DNA from: Blastocladiella emersonii ATCC 22665
Lineage: Eukaryota > Fungi > Blastocladiomycota
Direction: 5' to 3'
DNA: 64,000 nt
Assembly (NCBI GenBank): GCA_025594325.1
Contig: JANHCV010000004.1
Coordinates: 1,116,001-1,180,000, forward strand
Part shown: positions 1 to 12,229 of the stretch, in pieces
Numbering within the stretch: the first letter of the stretch is position 1
Layout of the letters: each line of letters begins with the position of its first letter
Position numbers and translations under genes: made by a program
Notes under the pieces: model-generated
What the model was told of the DNA's origin: nothing
What the model saw: the letters and a program-made list of their open reading frames with translations, nothing else
The model's database searches: none

Positions 1-1
1 C

Positions 2-253
2 GACGCGGCGCGGCGCGGGAGCAAGAAGCCGCCGCCCAAACGGCGTCGCCGCCGCCGGTTCCGCCTGGTCGCGGGGCTCACGCTCGGCGTGATCGTGGTC
101 ATGATCCTGTCGAGCGTCGTCGGCATGGTCCTGTTCATCGCGGGCGGCGGCAACATGTTCGGCGACACGCTCGCGTCGCTGTTCTCGCGGTTCTACATTC
201 TCGGCGCGCTCGCGCAGTGGGCGCTCGTCATTGAGATTATGCACGCGCGGTAG
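2..253 (+). CDS. 3' end of a membrane protein gene (partial, runs off window start)
   Basis: Frame 2 reads ...KKPPPKRRRRRRFRLVAGLTLGVIVVMILSSVVGMVLFIAGGG...FYILGALAQWALVIEIMHAR*: basic cluster then two hydrophobic helices; GC3-rich codons; TAG at 251-253. Confidence 0.6.
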   Translation, partial: DAARRGSKKPPPKRRRRRRFRLVAGLTLGVIVVMILSSVVGMVLFIAGGGNMFGDTLASLFSRFYILGALAQWALVIEIMHAR

Positions 254-551
254 GTGGTGGGGTGAGTGGATCTACATGTATAGGCTGCGCACGGTTGACG
301 CGTCCGTGTCTCGCGTGTGAGACATCACGTGGGGCGAATTATGATCGCTCCGCCGGCCGGGACAGCCGGCGGATGAGCGGGTTTGCCACGTGCGCCTGAC
401 GCGCGCGATCGTGAGGGTTTCGGTGTCCGGGCCCCGCCTGGGCCCACGCGCTCTGGCGGGAGGGGAGCGTTCCCAGGGGAGATCCAAGGCGCTGCCGCCC
501 TCGCTCTCTCCCTCCCTCCTTGGCTCCGTTATACTGCAACGAATCAACACC

Positions 552-2293
552 ATGATGATGCTCTCGCGCACGCTGGCGCTGCGTCGCGCCACACCCGTCG
601 CCGGGCCGGCCCTCGCGGCGGCCGCCCGCCTCGCATCCGTCCGCGGCAAGGCGACCGCCGTGTCCGAGACCCGCGCCTCCGCCTCTCCGCCGCCGCCGTC
701 GCCTCGTGCTGCTGCCGCCGCTGCTGCTGCGTCCGCCGAGCTCGCGAGCGCGCTGCCGTACGAGTCGATCCCGCGCGTGCCCGCGTACCCGCTGGTCGGC
801 TCGATGCCGGCGATCCTCAAGGCGGACCCGACGGGCGAGGGCAAGCAGTTCTTCATGGCGCTGACCAACCTGGCCGCCGAATACGGCCCGCTGTACCGCG
901 TGCGGCTCCCGGGCACGCCGGGCGACACGGTCGTGGTGGCGGACCCGGACATGATCGCGCAAGTGTTCCGCGCCGACGCGCTCCTGCCGCTGCGCGCGCC
1001 GCTCCACACCTGGGTCCACTACCGCGAAAAGTACCAGTACCCGCTCGGCGTCCCCTTCACCAACGGCGAGGAGTGGCGCCGCCTCCGTACGGCCATCCAG
1101 GACCCGATCTTCAAGCCGCAGCAGGTCCAGAAGTCGTTCTGCGACGTCATCAACCCGGCGACGGCCAGGGCGGTGGACCTCGTCGACGAGCTCGTTGCGG
1201 CGGCGCCTGCCGAGGTCCGTGAGGGGAAGGAGCAGATTGCGCTCGACGACCTCGTCATGCGCTGGACCATTGACTGTACGGTTCCCTCGCTTTCTTTGGT
1301 GGTGGCTCAGCTGCCTACAACTGTGCCACCCACCTTCCTCACACGGCCAACTGACACATCGTACCGTCCCGCGTAGCCGTCTCCGAGATCATCCTCGGCC
1401 GCCCCTTCGGCAGCCTCAACGACCCGCCCAACGCCGTGGCCCTGCGCATGATCAACGCCGTCAACAGCTCGTTCGCGACCACGGGCGAGGTGCTGCGGCA
1501 GCCCGAGTGGGCGTGGAAGAACCAGCTGACCTCCTCGTCGCGCGAGCACTTCCGCGCGCTAGAGGACCTGACGTCGCTCGCGGGCGAGCTCATGCAGACC
1601 ACCTTCACCGAGTGCGCGCGCGACCCGGCCAAGCTCAAGGGCACCTTCCTCGGCTACCTGCTCAGCAAGGACAAGGAGCTGTCGCGCCAGGAGATGCTGT
1701 CGACGTGCATCGACCTGCTGTTCGCCGGCATCGACACCACGGCGCGCTCCACGCTCTTCTGCCTCAACCTCCTCGGCCGCAACCCCGACGCTCAGCAGAA
1801 GCTGCGCGACGAGCTCCTGCGCGTCGTCGGGCCCGCGGGAACCCCCGTCTCGCCCGAGCACCTCAACCAGCTCAAGTACATGCGCAACGTCATCAAGGAG
1901 ACCATGCGCATCTACCCGGTCGCGCCTATCAACTCGCGCACGCTCGGCCGCGACACGAACATCGGCGGGTTCCGCGTCCCCGCCGGCACCCAGACCCAGC
2001 TCCTGACCTACGCGACCTCGCACGACCCCAAGTACATCCGCGACCCGGCCGCCTTCATCCCCGAGCGCTGGGACACCAAGGAGGTGCACCCGTTCGCGTC
2101 GCTGCCCTTTGGGAACGGCGCTCGCATGTGTGTCGGCCGCCGCGTCGCTGAGATGGAGATGACCGTGTTCATCGCACACCTCCTCCGCCGCTACCAGGTC
2201 ACGCCGTCGCCGCCCCCGAGCCGGCTCGAGTACTCGATCCTCATTTACACCAAGGACCCGATGCCGCTGAGCCTGCGCCCGATCCAGGCGTGA
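552..2293 (+). CDS. Cytochrome P450, mitochondrial-clan-like; one intron 1276-1376
   Basis: C-helix NGEEWRRLR, I-helix DLLFAGIDTT, K-helix KETMR, PERW, heme motif PFGNGARMCVG. Intron GTACGG...CTGAC...TAG joins the two ORFs in phase. Arg-rich N-terminus without a TM anchor. Confidence 0.93.
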
Positions 2294-2515
2294 GTTGAGG
2301 AGGGTGGTCATGACTTTTGTTCGCAAACATGCTGTATATCCCATTCATCGCTGCTGTTGCGCTCGAGCGTGAGGCTGAGAGCGCCTCCGACCTTGGTTGG
2401 GCCGCGACGTGGCCATGGTCGCGACGCGTCGCTGCGGCCACGCCCGCTCCAGGCCTGAGCTCACTCACCCGTGTACTCGCTTCGTTGCGTGCTACCATGT
2501 CTATACATTTCCCCA

Positions 2516-5500
2516 TCACTCGTCGCGCTTCTTCTTACTCCCGAGCACCGACAAAAGCTTCGACCCCGCCCCCGCTCCCGTGGCCGTTGTCGCGACCGCG
2601 GCCGCGGCAGCCGACGGCATCGACGCGTACGCCTTGTTCGACCGGTCAGGCACCCCGCTGGCACCCGCCGCGGCGGCGACAGCAGCAGCAGCGCCCGCCG
2701 CCGTCGCCGCGGCCGCTGAAACACCGACGGTCGGGACCGACACTTGCCCGCGCGTCGCGGCATCGAACCGCTTGCCGAGGAACGAGCCGCGAGTGCGCGA
2801 CGCGGGTGCGGCGAAGACGGACGCGGACGCCATGAACTGTGCTGCTGAAGTTGACTGCTTGGGCGGCGACGGGCGGCCGGGCGACGCGAGTGCGGGGTGG
2901 CTGGGCGAGACGTCCGCGTGGTGGTGGTGGCCCTCGTAGCTCGCGCGGGACCGCTTGTTCTTCTTCTTAGCGGGCGTCGCAGCCGCCGTGTTCCCGATCG
3001 CGGCGCTGAGCGACGTGATGGCGGACCCGGGCGCGAGTTCGAGGAACGTCTCGGGCTCGTCGTCGACGAAATCGACGCCGGGCGCGACCGCGTTCGCCTC
3101 GCCGGGCCCGACGGGCGCGGGCGCCGCGAGGTCGATGGTCAGGGCGCGCGCGAACGCGGCGGTGCGCGGGTCCTCGGCGAGCGTCGCGACGGCTTCCGCA
3201 ACCTTGGCCTTTTTCCGCGGGCGGCGGTGGTGGTTCCTGCCCGCGGTACCGCGCGAGTACGCATCCTCGTCCTCGTCGTCGAGCTCCTCGAGCCCGTACC
3301 CCTTACCGAGCATATCCATACGCTGCCGGCGCGCGAGACCCAGCATCCCGCCGCCGCCGCCCAGGAGATCGGCCTCGAGGCGGCGCGTGGCGGCGTCGTC
3401 ATCGGCCGCGCGCTGCGCCTTGACGAGCTCGCGCACGTCCTCGAGCCCCTGCAGGGCGACCTCGGGCGCGGCCTCGTCGCCCGTCGCGAGCAGCAGCGGG
3501 TCGGCCGCGTCGAGATCCAGCATGCGCTCGTCCTCGTCGGCGCCGTCCACGCCCATGAACTCGTCCTCGGACTCGACGGCTTCGGTCTCGAGCATCCCGC
3601 GCGCTTGCGCCGTGACTTCGGCCTTTTCGCCCTTGGTCACGACGCGGCGGAATACGGGCGCGTCGGTGTCCTCGTCGTCGTCGCTGTCGAGCGCGATCCG
3701 CGGACGCACACGCTGCGATTTCGGCGCGGCGGACGCGAGCTGCGACTCGGTCGGCGGCGGCGTCGCCTGCATCGAGTGGAAGCTATCGGTGCGACCGAAA
3801 CCGAACGAGACCCCGGCGGCCGAGTCGAGGTTGCCGAGCGACTCGCCCGCGCTCGTCCCCGCGCCAACGACGACGCCGCCGCCCGACAGCAGCATGGCCT
3901 CCTGGGTGTTGAGCGGCAGCGCGAACGGGTCGGCGGCCGCGTGCTGCTGCCGGCGCAGGTGGTCCATGACCTGCGACGCCGGGATCGGGAGGCCGGGCGT
4001 CGCGGCGCCGGACGGCTGCACGAACAGCTGCGACAGGCTGTCGGCGTCGTCCAGGTCCATGGCGTCGCCGTCGCCGTCGTCGAGGTCCGCGGGGAGTCCG
4101 AGGTCCCACCCGCCGGGCAGCGAGGGTGGCGCCAGGGCCGTAGTGGGCGCGGGTTTCGCAACGGCGTCCTCCTCGTCTTCATCATCGTCGGCGACGACCA
4201 CCACGCGTTTCCGCTTGCCCGCGACGACAACCGGCGCTGCGCCGGCCGCGCCGGCCTCGTCGTCGTCGTCCGAGTCAGCGATCACCGCGGGCACGACGGT
4301 CGGCACCTTGCGGCGCACGGCGTACACGGCCTCGTCGTCCTCCTCGTCGTCGTCGAGGTTGAGCGTATCGACGCCGTGCTCGCTCCGCGCATCCTCCTCC
4401 TCGTCGTCGCCGTCCGCGTCGCTGCCGGACATTTCGTAGTCGCCGTCGTCCCCCTCCTCCTCGCTGTCCCACGTCGCGCCGTGGTCGTTGGCGCCCGCCG
4501 CGTCCTTGTCGGCGAGCCGGCGCGCGGCGCGCGCAATGGCTTCGGGGTCGACGGCGACGGGCGCGGCGGGGGTGACGGGCGAGGCGGTAGCGGATCCCGA
4601 CGCGGCGTGGTGGTGGTCCGGGTGCGCCAGCTGTTTCCGGCGCTCGGCGGCCTGCACGGCCATCTTGTACCGCACGATGCGCGCGTGCTCGGCGGGCGAG
4701 CGGATGTGGCCGGGGGCGAGGTCGGCGAACGGGTTGGCAGCGGTGGGGGCAGGAGCGGCGTCGTCGACGACGATTTCCAAGTCGTCTTCCGAGTCGGACA
4801 GGGTGATCTGCACGAGGTGAGACTGTCGCTCGCGCTCGGCCTGGGCTTGGAGCTGCTGTTTCTCCTGCATGGCCTGGCTAGACGGCGGGGAGGAGGGTTA
4901 GGACATGTCGGCGTGCGCGTGCAGGGGAAGCCGTGTGCGTACATGCGGCGAGCGAGGAACGCGCTCACGTCTTGCTTCCGGACCGCCGACTCGAGGCCGA
5001 CGCGCTGGTCTACAGTCGCGCAAAACGTGAGCGATCGCGTAAGACATGCTACTGTGCAAAGATCCGTACCGCGAGCGAGCCGCTCCGTCTCGCGGCGCAT
5101 CTCGTCGAGCTGGCGCGCCGTGATGCGGCCCTTCTTCTTCCCCTTGCGCCCGGTCTCGTCATCTGCCGCCGCAGACTCGTCGGCGCCGGCTGGTGGCTCC
5201 TCGTCCTCGTCCATGGGTTCTGGCTCGGGCTCTAGCGCCGGCGCTGGTGCGCGCGCCTTGGACACGGGCTTGTCTGCAATCAGCGCGTGAGGGTCAGATC
5301 TCGCGTCACTGCTGTCGATGAAGCGGGCGGAAACGCACCAAAGATCTCGGCGACATCGAGCTCGGGCAGCATCGCGTCGACCTCGGCCATGACCGCGTCC
5401 TCGGCAACGACAGTTGGCCGCTTCGGCGATGCAATGCGTACAGGCGAAGCAGGGCGCACAGGCGAAGCAGGCCGCACAGGCGATCCCTTGGCCGGCGACA

Positions 5501-5756
5501 CGGGCCGCCGCGCGGCCGCCGTCTCGACGGGTTTCGGTGCGGCGACGACGGGTTTCCGCGGCAGCAGCTGGGGCGGAGCCTCCTCCTCATCGCTATCATC
5601 GTCGTCGTCGAAGAGCGACCCGAGCATCATGCCCGGCAGGGCGGTCTTGGCCGCGACCTCGGACTCGGCGTCCTGCGTCTGCGTCTGCGTCTGCGTCGTG
5701 GACGGGGCGGGTTCCGCGGGCTTTTCGCCGGGCGGCGGCGATGAGGGCGGGTCCAT
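2516..5756 (-). CDS. MRC1: Mrc1/claspin-like replication checkpoint mediator (multi-exon, introns near 5.3 kb and 4.9-5.05 kb)
   Basis: Acidic low-complexity protein with MRC1-like domain (ETEAVESEDEFMGVDGADED...QRAADDDAATRRLEADL), TQ/SQ sites (STTQTQTQTQ), SP repeats and QLDEMRRETERLAR helix. Exon boundaries approximate. Confidence 0.72.
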
Positions 5757-5965
5757 GGCGTTGCAAGAAGTTACAGCGGGCCGAGTAGGCTGCGATACAT
5801 GGACGGGTGAGACTTCAAATGAAAGGGGAGATCACGTTGGCGACGTCGAGCGCGTCTCCTTTCGCTTCCCTCAAGGTCGGCGCCGCCGCCCGCCCCTTGC
5901 TCTCGCTCCCCACATCGCACTCCCACGCGGACTGCCACGTATCAAACCCCCCTCAACACCCAAAG

Positions 5966-6742
5966 ATGATGCTGCAGAGCGTGGGCTCGCCCATCGTGAC
6001 GCTGTTCGTCGAGTCCGAGAACACGATCGCGTCGGAGCGGCGGTTCGACAAGGGCGTGACGCTGTCGCAGCTGCGGGGCAAGCTCGAGCCCCTGTCGGGG
6101 ATCATGGCGGGCGACCAGAAGCTGCTTCTGTACCGCGACCACGACACCAAGCTGCCGCCCCTGTGCGAGCTGGCGGGGCCCGACGACACGATGCTGGGCG
6201 CGTTCCCCGTCGAGAACTTCATGACGCTGCGCGTCGTGTCGCGCAACCCGGCCGCGTCCGCCGCCGTCCGCAACCAGTACACGGACGTGTCGCTCGTCGA
6301 CAAGTACGAGATGCCCGAGGACAAGTACGACGCCTTGACCGACTCGGTCCGCGACTTCAAGCGCCGCAACAAGCTCGGCCGGTTTGACGACGCGCGGTCG
6401 TCCAACTCGTCGGTCCACGAGAACGAGGACGCCGAGCGCGTCGCTGCTGTCGCCAAGGCGTTCCCCGTCGGCGCCCGGTGCCAGGCGGATGTCGGCGCCG
6501 AGGGCGACCCCGTGTACCGCCGCGGCGCCGTCAAGTTTGTCGGGCTCACCGACTTCAAGCCGGGCGTCTGGGTCGGCGTCGAGTACGACGAGCCCGTTGG
6601 CAAGCACGACGGGAGCGTCGGCGGCAAGTCCTATTTCGCGGCCCGCAGCAAGCACGGCGCGTTCCTGCGCCCGAACCGCGTCGAGGTCGGCGATTTCCCC
6701 GAGGAGGACCCGTTCGCCGATGACGATCTCGAGGAGATGTAA
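5966..6742 (+). CDS. TBCB: Tubulin-folding cofactor B (Ubl + CAP-Gly)
   Basis: N-terminal Ubl (ERRFDKGVTLSQLRGKLE), YDALTDSVRDFKRRNKLGRF, CAP-Gly (GVWVGVEYDEPVGKHDGSVGGKSYF), acidic EEM C-terminus; intronless. Confidence 0.95.
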   Translation: MMLQSVGSPIVTLFVESENTIASERRFDKGVTLSQLRGKLEPLSGIMAGDQKLLLYRDHDTKLPPLCELAGPDDTMLGAFPVENFMTLRVVSRNPAASAAVRNQYTDVSLVDKYEMPEDKYDALTDSVRDFKRRNKLGRFDDARSSNSSVHENEDAERVAAVAKAFPVGARCQADVGAEGDPVYRRGAVKFVGLTDFKPGVWVGVEYDEPVGKHDGSVGGKSYFAARSKHGAFLRPNRVEVGDFPEEDPFADDDLEEM

Positions 6743-6814
6743 GGGGTTGAGAGGGATGGTTGCTTGATATATATGTACACATTTTTGGGGAAGAGAAATC
6801 ACACACTCAGTCGG

Positions 6815-8842
6815 TCAGTGGTAGACCTGGACCATGGACTGCCGCCTTCTCGACGGCGACGGCGTCGGCGCGGTCCCGCCACCACCAATAACCGAGATTG
6901 TGGACGTGGGCCCCGTCGTCGCCATGCTCATGCTGGTGCTCGTATTCCGCACGCGCATGTGGCCCGTCAGTGGTGGCATCGTAACCGTCGCGGCCGCCGA
7001 CTTGCGCCACGGGAACAAAGACGCCCACCACGACTTGCTGACCTTGGCCTCGGCCTCGGTCCGCGCCGTCGAGTCGGCCGTCGTCGACCGCGACAGTGGC
7101 ACGCGGCCGGGACTCGCGCCGGTCGCGGTGGCCGTTGTGGTTCCGATGGTGCTGACGGTGGGCGTGAGGGCGAGGTCGAGCAGGCCTCCCGCAAAGAACC
7201 CGTAGTAGTCGAGGGCGCGGAGGAACCGCTTGAACAGGACCAGGATGTAGACGCGGACGAGGATCCCGACCGCCGGCACGAGGAAGATGACGGTAGCGGT
7301 CCCACCGGACGCGGACATCTCCTCAGGGGTGGTGTTGGGGTCGACGGCCATGTGCTGGAGCTGGACGAGCGACCCGACGAGGACCGTGACGAGCATGAAG
7401 AAGAGGATCGTGGTCGCGACCACCTCCCACGCGTAGAACATGTGGAAGTGCGCGACCGACTTGCACCGCACGCCGTACAGCCCGAGGGCGATGAACACGA
7501 TGGTCGTGAAGTTGATGACAATCGACACGAGCACGTTGGCGAAATGCGACCGTGACAGCCGCCAGTCCTTGTCGAGCGCGTCGTCGAGGAACATCACCTT
7601 CGAGTACACGGACCACACGGCGATGATCCCGTGCACCAGGATCATGATGTACACGGCGGGCTGCAGCGGCACGATCCGGAAGCACGTGCGCGGCGGCCGC
7701 AGCGACTCGGTGGTCGACGTGGACGACGTCGACGACGTGCTGGTCGTCGACGCGATCGTCGCACGGCTGTCGCGTCGGTACAAGCCCTCGGGCGGACCGA
7801 GCCACGGCCGCGTCGCCCCAAACGGCACGTCGGGGACTGGCTCGAGGTATCGCCGCCGCGGACCGGGCCCCGTCGTCTCCTTCGGGTCGTACTGGTGCTG
7901 GTGTTGGTGGTGTCGGCACCGGCGATGGCGGCGGCGCGGGCTCGACACGCCGCCCACGACCGACGCGAACTTGTCGTCGTCGTCGTCGTCCGAGTTGGAC
8001 GAGCACGACGACGTGGCACCATCATCATCATCGACATCTCCGTGGTGGTTGTTGGTAGCAGTCACGCTCGGCTGGTCAATCGACTTTCCGAGCGAATCGA
8101 TAGCCGAGAGCTCCGAGTAGCTCGGGTACGGCGTGTAGGCGGGGCGGGGCGGCGACAGCATGGGCGGGGCGGTCCCGCTCGCGCCGCCCGATATCCGGCG
8201 CGCGTCGCGCTCGCGGTCGTCGGGCGTCGCGGGCACAAACGCGGGTTGTGGTGGCGGAAGCGGCGGCGGCGGGGTGCCGTACCGCTGTTGTTGTTGGGGG
8301 ACGTGGTCGCGACGTAGGTTCTGCAGCCCTGCGGCGGGCGGCAGCGCCGAGAGTGGCGGGACGACGGGGATCGACAGCGGGAAGGCGGCGCCGTAGGGTT
8401 TGCCGGCCGCGGTGGTGGTAGCGGGCGGCGAGTCGGCCACGTCGACAATGACGGCGTCGTCGGCGACGCTCCCAGCGGGCGGGACCGAGCGGAACGAGCG
8501 AACCGGCGTGCCCGCTGGCGGTCGTGGTGGCGGGACCGCGGGCGACGACGACGCGGCAGCACCGAGCGCGATGTGGGTCGGGTAGTAGTAATCGGCCTGG
8601 GTGATCATGGGCGCGCGCGGCTGCTGCTGCGGTTGCCCGGTACCGGCCGTGGCAGCGGGATAGCCGAGCGCGTGCGACGAGGCCGAGGACGCGGGAGGGT
8701 ACAGGTCAATGTCGTCGAGCGAGCTGGTCGTGGAGCTGGAGCTGGCGCTCGACGAGCTCGCCACGGACGAGACGGACCCGCGGCGGGCCGCAAGCGAGTG
8801 TCGCGGCGGGCGGGGCGGTCGCGGGTCGGTGGCGGCGTTCAT
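6815..8842 (-). CDS. Hypothetical membrane protein: long Pro/Ser-rich disordered N-terminus plus about 4 TM helices
   Basis: 675-aa ORF with host-like codon bias; hydrophobic segments VYIMILVHGIIAVW, VLVSIVINFTTIVFIALGLYG, ILFFMLVTVLVGSL, VIFLVPAVGILVRVYILVLF. Confidence 0.75.
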   Translation of the reverse strand: MNAATDPRPPRPPRHSLAARRGSVSSVASSSSASSSSTTSSLDDIDLYPPASSASSHALGYPAATAGTGQPQQQPRAPMITQADYYYPTHIALGAAASSSPAVPPPRPPAGTPVRSFRSVPPAGSVADDAVIVDVADSPPATTTAAGKPYGAAFPLSIPVVPPLSALPPAAGLQNLRRDHVPQQQQRYGTPPPPLPPPQPAFVPATPDDRERDARRISGGASGTAPPMLSPPRPAYTPYPSYSELSAIDSLGKSIDQPSVTATNNHHGDVDDDDGATSSCSSNSDDDDDDKFASVVGGVSSPRRRHRRCRHHQHQHQYDPKETTGPGPRRRYLEPVPDVPFGATRPWLGPPEGLYRRDSRATIASTTSTSSTSSTSTTESLRPPRTCFRIVPLQPAVYIMILVHGIIAVWSVYSKVMFLDDALDKDWRLSRSHFANVLVSIVINFTTIVFIALGLYGVRCKSVAHFHMFYAWEVVATTILFFMLVTVLVGSLVQLQHMAVDPNTTPEEMSASGGTATVIFLVPAVGILVRVYILVLFKRFLRALDYYGFFAGGLLDLALTPTVSTIGTTTATATGASPGRVPLSRSTTADSTARTEAEAKVSKSWWASLFPWRKSAAATVTMPPLTGHMRVRNTSTSMSMATTGPTSTISVIGGGGTAPTPSPSRRRQSMVQVYH

Positions 8843-9280
8843 GGTGATCGGCGTGCTGAGGTTGGAGAGGAGGGAGCCAAAGGAGGTGCGCGGGTGCGGG
8901 CGCGGGCGGGGCGCTCGGTGCGCCGGGTTAGGGCGAGGCCGTGGCGATGGTGCGTGTGCTGCGTTGAGGCGAATGCCGCAAGTGCGGGCGGGTCGATGGC
9001 ATGCGCAGAGTGTCTTTCGAGCGATATCAGGGAAGAAGCCGGCCCGGCGCCGTGATGGGCGTGGCAGCTGGCAATCACAGCGCTGTGGCGCGCTTCCACA
9101 CCACTTCCAGAACGGCCCACGTGGCCAAGCATGCCGTCACGCCAGGGGGGCTGGTCACGCTGTCTCGCGCTCCGCCACCCGCGACGCGTCTCGCGCTTCG
9201 GTCCGCTGCCGCCGCGTTGACGCGTTGCTCTCTCTCCCGCACACGCATCTTCTCGCGCAGCAACTATCACTGCAACAGCC

Positions 9281-11999
9281 ATGTCACTTGCCGGCCGCCA
9301 GCCCCCGCCGCACGGCGCGAGCGACGATGCCGTCGTGCGCCACATCCTCAAGTCGGTCGCCACGCGCGTCGTAGCCCTGCGCCGCACGCGTGCCGCGGCC
9401 ACTCCGGCCCCACCCGCACCCGGTCCGCCGACCGCCGCCACCGCACCCTCGAGCAGCACCAACCCAGGTCCCGGCGCGGGCATGGTGATTCCGCCGTCGG
9501 CCTTTGCGCCGTCGCTCCCGCCCGCGAGCTCGAGTCTGGCCGGCACCCCGCGCACGCCGGGCACCGCAGCTTCCGCCGCATGGTCTGCCGCGGGGCTCGG
9601 CGTGACGCCCGGCACGCCGTACCTGAACAGCAACCTTGCCGTGACCGACACGCTGGCGGCGTTCGTGGTGCGCGCCGTGGTGCTAAACCCGAACAACGGG
9701 TTCCACCTCGACGCCGTGTTTGCGCGCGACGACGTGGACCGGCTGATCGAGGTGTGCGCGCACCACATCGCCAACGACGGCGACGCCGTGTCCGAGACCG
9801 TCAAGATGCAGGTGTATTTCGACTCGACGTTCCCGCAGCAGGCAGAGTACCTGCACCGCGAGAAGCAGGCGCGCAAGAACACGGTCGCGCCGATCCTGCG
9901 CGAGATCACCGAGTGGACCGCGCCCGTCTCGTCGGTCGTCGCCTCGCACCGCGGGAGTGTTGCGTCGGGCGCCGTCGGGTCGAATGCGGCGGCGCTCGAC
10001 GCGCTCTACCGCAAGATTGTCGGCTATGTCCTCCTCAAGACCGCTATGGGCAACCCGACCGACGCACTCGTCGCCCGCGAGGCCGCGGTGGCCCTCGAGT
10101 CCGTGTTCCCGCAGTCCGAGGTCGCTACTTTCCTCGGCCTCCCGCGGCCCGACAAGGAAAAGCAGCTCAACGGGCTCGCCCAGCTCGTCACGGGTATCCG
10201 ACTCTTCAACCGCCACGTCAACAAGGCGTCCAAGGACAAGATCGAGAACAGTACGTTGATCCGCGTGTCTTGTTGGGATGTGTGCTAATATCGTCGGAAA
10301 TAGTCCCCGAGCTGTGCTCGCGCGAGATCAAGGAAGCTTTTTCCATCATCCAGGAAAAGATCCGCGAGGTCGAGGCCATGATCAAGGCCGTCACCGGTAC
10401 CGCTCTACCCCTCGCGCATCCATCGCAACCCCCCGCTCACTCGACGCCCGTGTGTAGCGCTGCTTACACCAGCCTTCCTTGACCCGCTGACCAACGGCTC
10501 GCCGAGCGCCGCCGACGGCACCTCGTCCCTGTCGCAGTACCTGGCGAGCACGCTGACCTTCTACCGCCAGCTGCTCATCTACCTCGACGCGGTGCGGGAG
10601 CAAATCGAGGCCTCGTCCGCGGCCCTCCGCGCACTCGACGACCGCATGGCCGGGTGCCTGCAGGACCTGGCCGCCGCGTGCAAGGCGCGGTCCGCGGTGC
10701 CCGTCGACCAGGTGTACCCGAAATTCATGGAGCTCGCCGTCGTGTGGCAGGGCTTCCAGGACGAGCTGTTCCTCGACGCGTTCCGGCGCGGCGTCCTCGA
10801 CACGGTCATGGGGTTCGAGGCCGCCGTCCGCGCCACGGGTTTGGTCGGCGCGGGCCCCGCGGCCGGCGCGATCCTCGGCCCGCTCGTCGACTCGACGGTC
10901 CAGGCCGCTATGGCCGCGGGCGACCCAGGACACACGGACGCCCTGTCGCTGCACCTCACAGCGCTGCTGGGGTCGGCGCCCGAGCCCGTGCGGCATGCCG
11001 CGAAGCACACGCCCGTCGAGGTGCCGCCGCTCCCCGAAGACCGGATCGTCGCCGCGGCCGCCGCGCTGCAGAGCGAGCTGACGGCGACCGCGCGCCACGC
11101 GACGGACCTCCAGGGCCACGGCCCGCACGGCGACCTCGAGGTGATCCACCCGGGGAACACGGCGCAGTACTACCGCCTGCCCGTCGAGTTTGGCGGGTTC
11201 TGCCCCGTCTCGCTCGTCTACCCGGCGAGCGTCCGCGGCCGCGTCGTGCCCGGTGACTGGAACCAGGGCGTCGTCAAGTACCGCGACAAGCTGTACGCGT
11301 TCCGCGGCGTCGATGAGGCGCGCCGGTTTGCGCAGGCGCCTGAGCAGTACGTTTCGGAGGTGAGGGAGAGGTGGGCGGGCGGGGGCTGACGGTGAGAGCC
11401 AGTGTAGAATCCTGCAGGAGGTGCTCAACATTGCGCGCGAGCGTATGGGCCTCGTCCAGCTGCTGCAGCTCTACGGGTACTTTCCGTCGATCCGCGCGCT
11501 CGAGAACGTACGCCTCTCACAACAAACCCGCGACCACGACCATCTCACTCACACCCCTCAAACCTAGGCCGAGACCTTCACCCGCCAAGCCCTGCTTGGC
11601 CAACGCCCGCTCGTGTGCGAGGCGGGGACGCAGGTCGACACGCACATGGTCGACAAGCACATTGACCCGAACTACCAGTGGAACGAGTGGGCGATGCGCC
11701 GCCGCGCGCTGATGCTCGTCAACCTGCGCACTAAGCGCACGCACGGCGCGCAGACCAACCAGTCCCACTTCAAGCGCGACACCCACGCCCAGGTCTACGC
11801 GCCGCGCGAGACTGAGACCCAGACGCGCCGCGAAATGGCTACGGGGATGCCGAAGATCGAGCAGGAGTGGCCGCCGGAGGTCCTCGGCATCAAGGTCACG
11901 CGCGGACCCCGGACGAAGACGCCGCGCGAGCGCGATCTCGTGGTCGAGGGAAACCAGGCGCAGCAGCAGAAGCGAGGGCATGATGCGTGTGTTGGTTGA
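9281..11999 (+). CDS. CFAP206: Cilia- and flagella-associated protein 206 (multi-exon)
   Basis: AFVVRAVVLNP...ETVKMQVYFD, VEFGGFCPVSLV, and C-terminal DKHIDPNYQWNEWAMRRRALMLVNL...HGAQTNQSHFKRD match my recollection of CFAP206; GT-AG introns, e.g. 10251-10303. Confidence 0.88.
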
Positions 12000-12229
12000 T
12001 TTTCGCCGTGATAGAAAGAAAGAATGAACGCGTCTCCGTTCACCTCACGTGGGGCGGCTGCGAGACAGAAAACCTCCCACGCGTCGTTGGTCGCACGCGT
12101 CGCGCCACATCCGCCTTGAGCTCGCCCTCGCGAACCCCCGCTGCACTCAAACGCAAAGCGCATGAATCTTCCTTGAACCTCACTCGACGCAACGCAACCA
12201 ACCCAACCCAACCCAACATAACCACGACC

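Noticed and set aside
2897-5290. Long antisense/alternate-frame ORFs (e.g. 2897-5290, 12812-14386, 26457-29429, 57990-60362)
   Set aside because: Shadows of real genes caused by high GC3 and few stops; no motifs.
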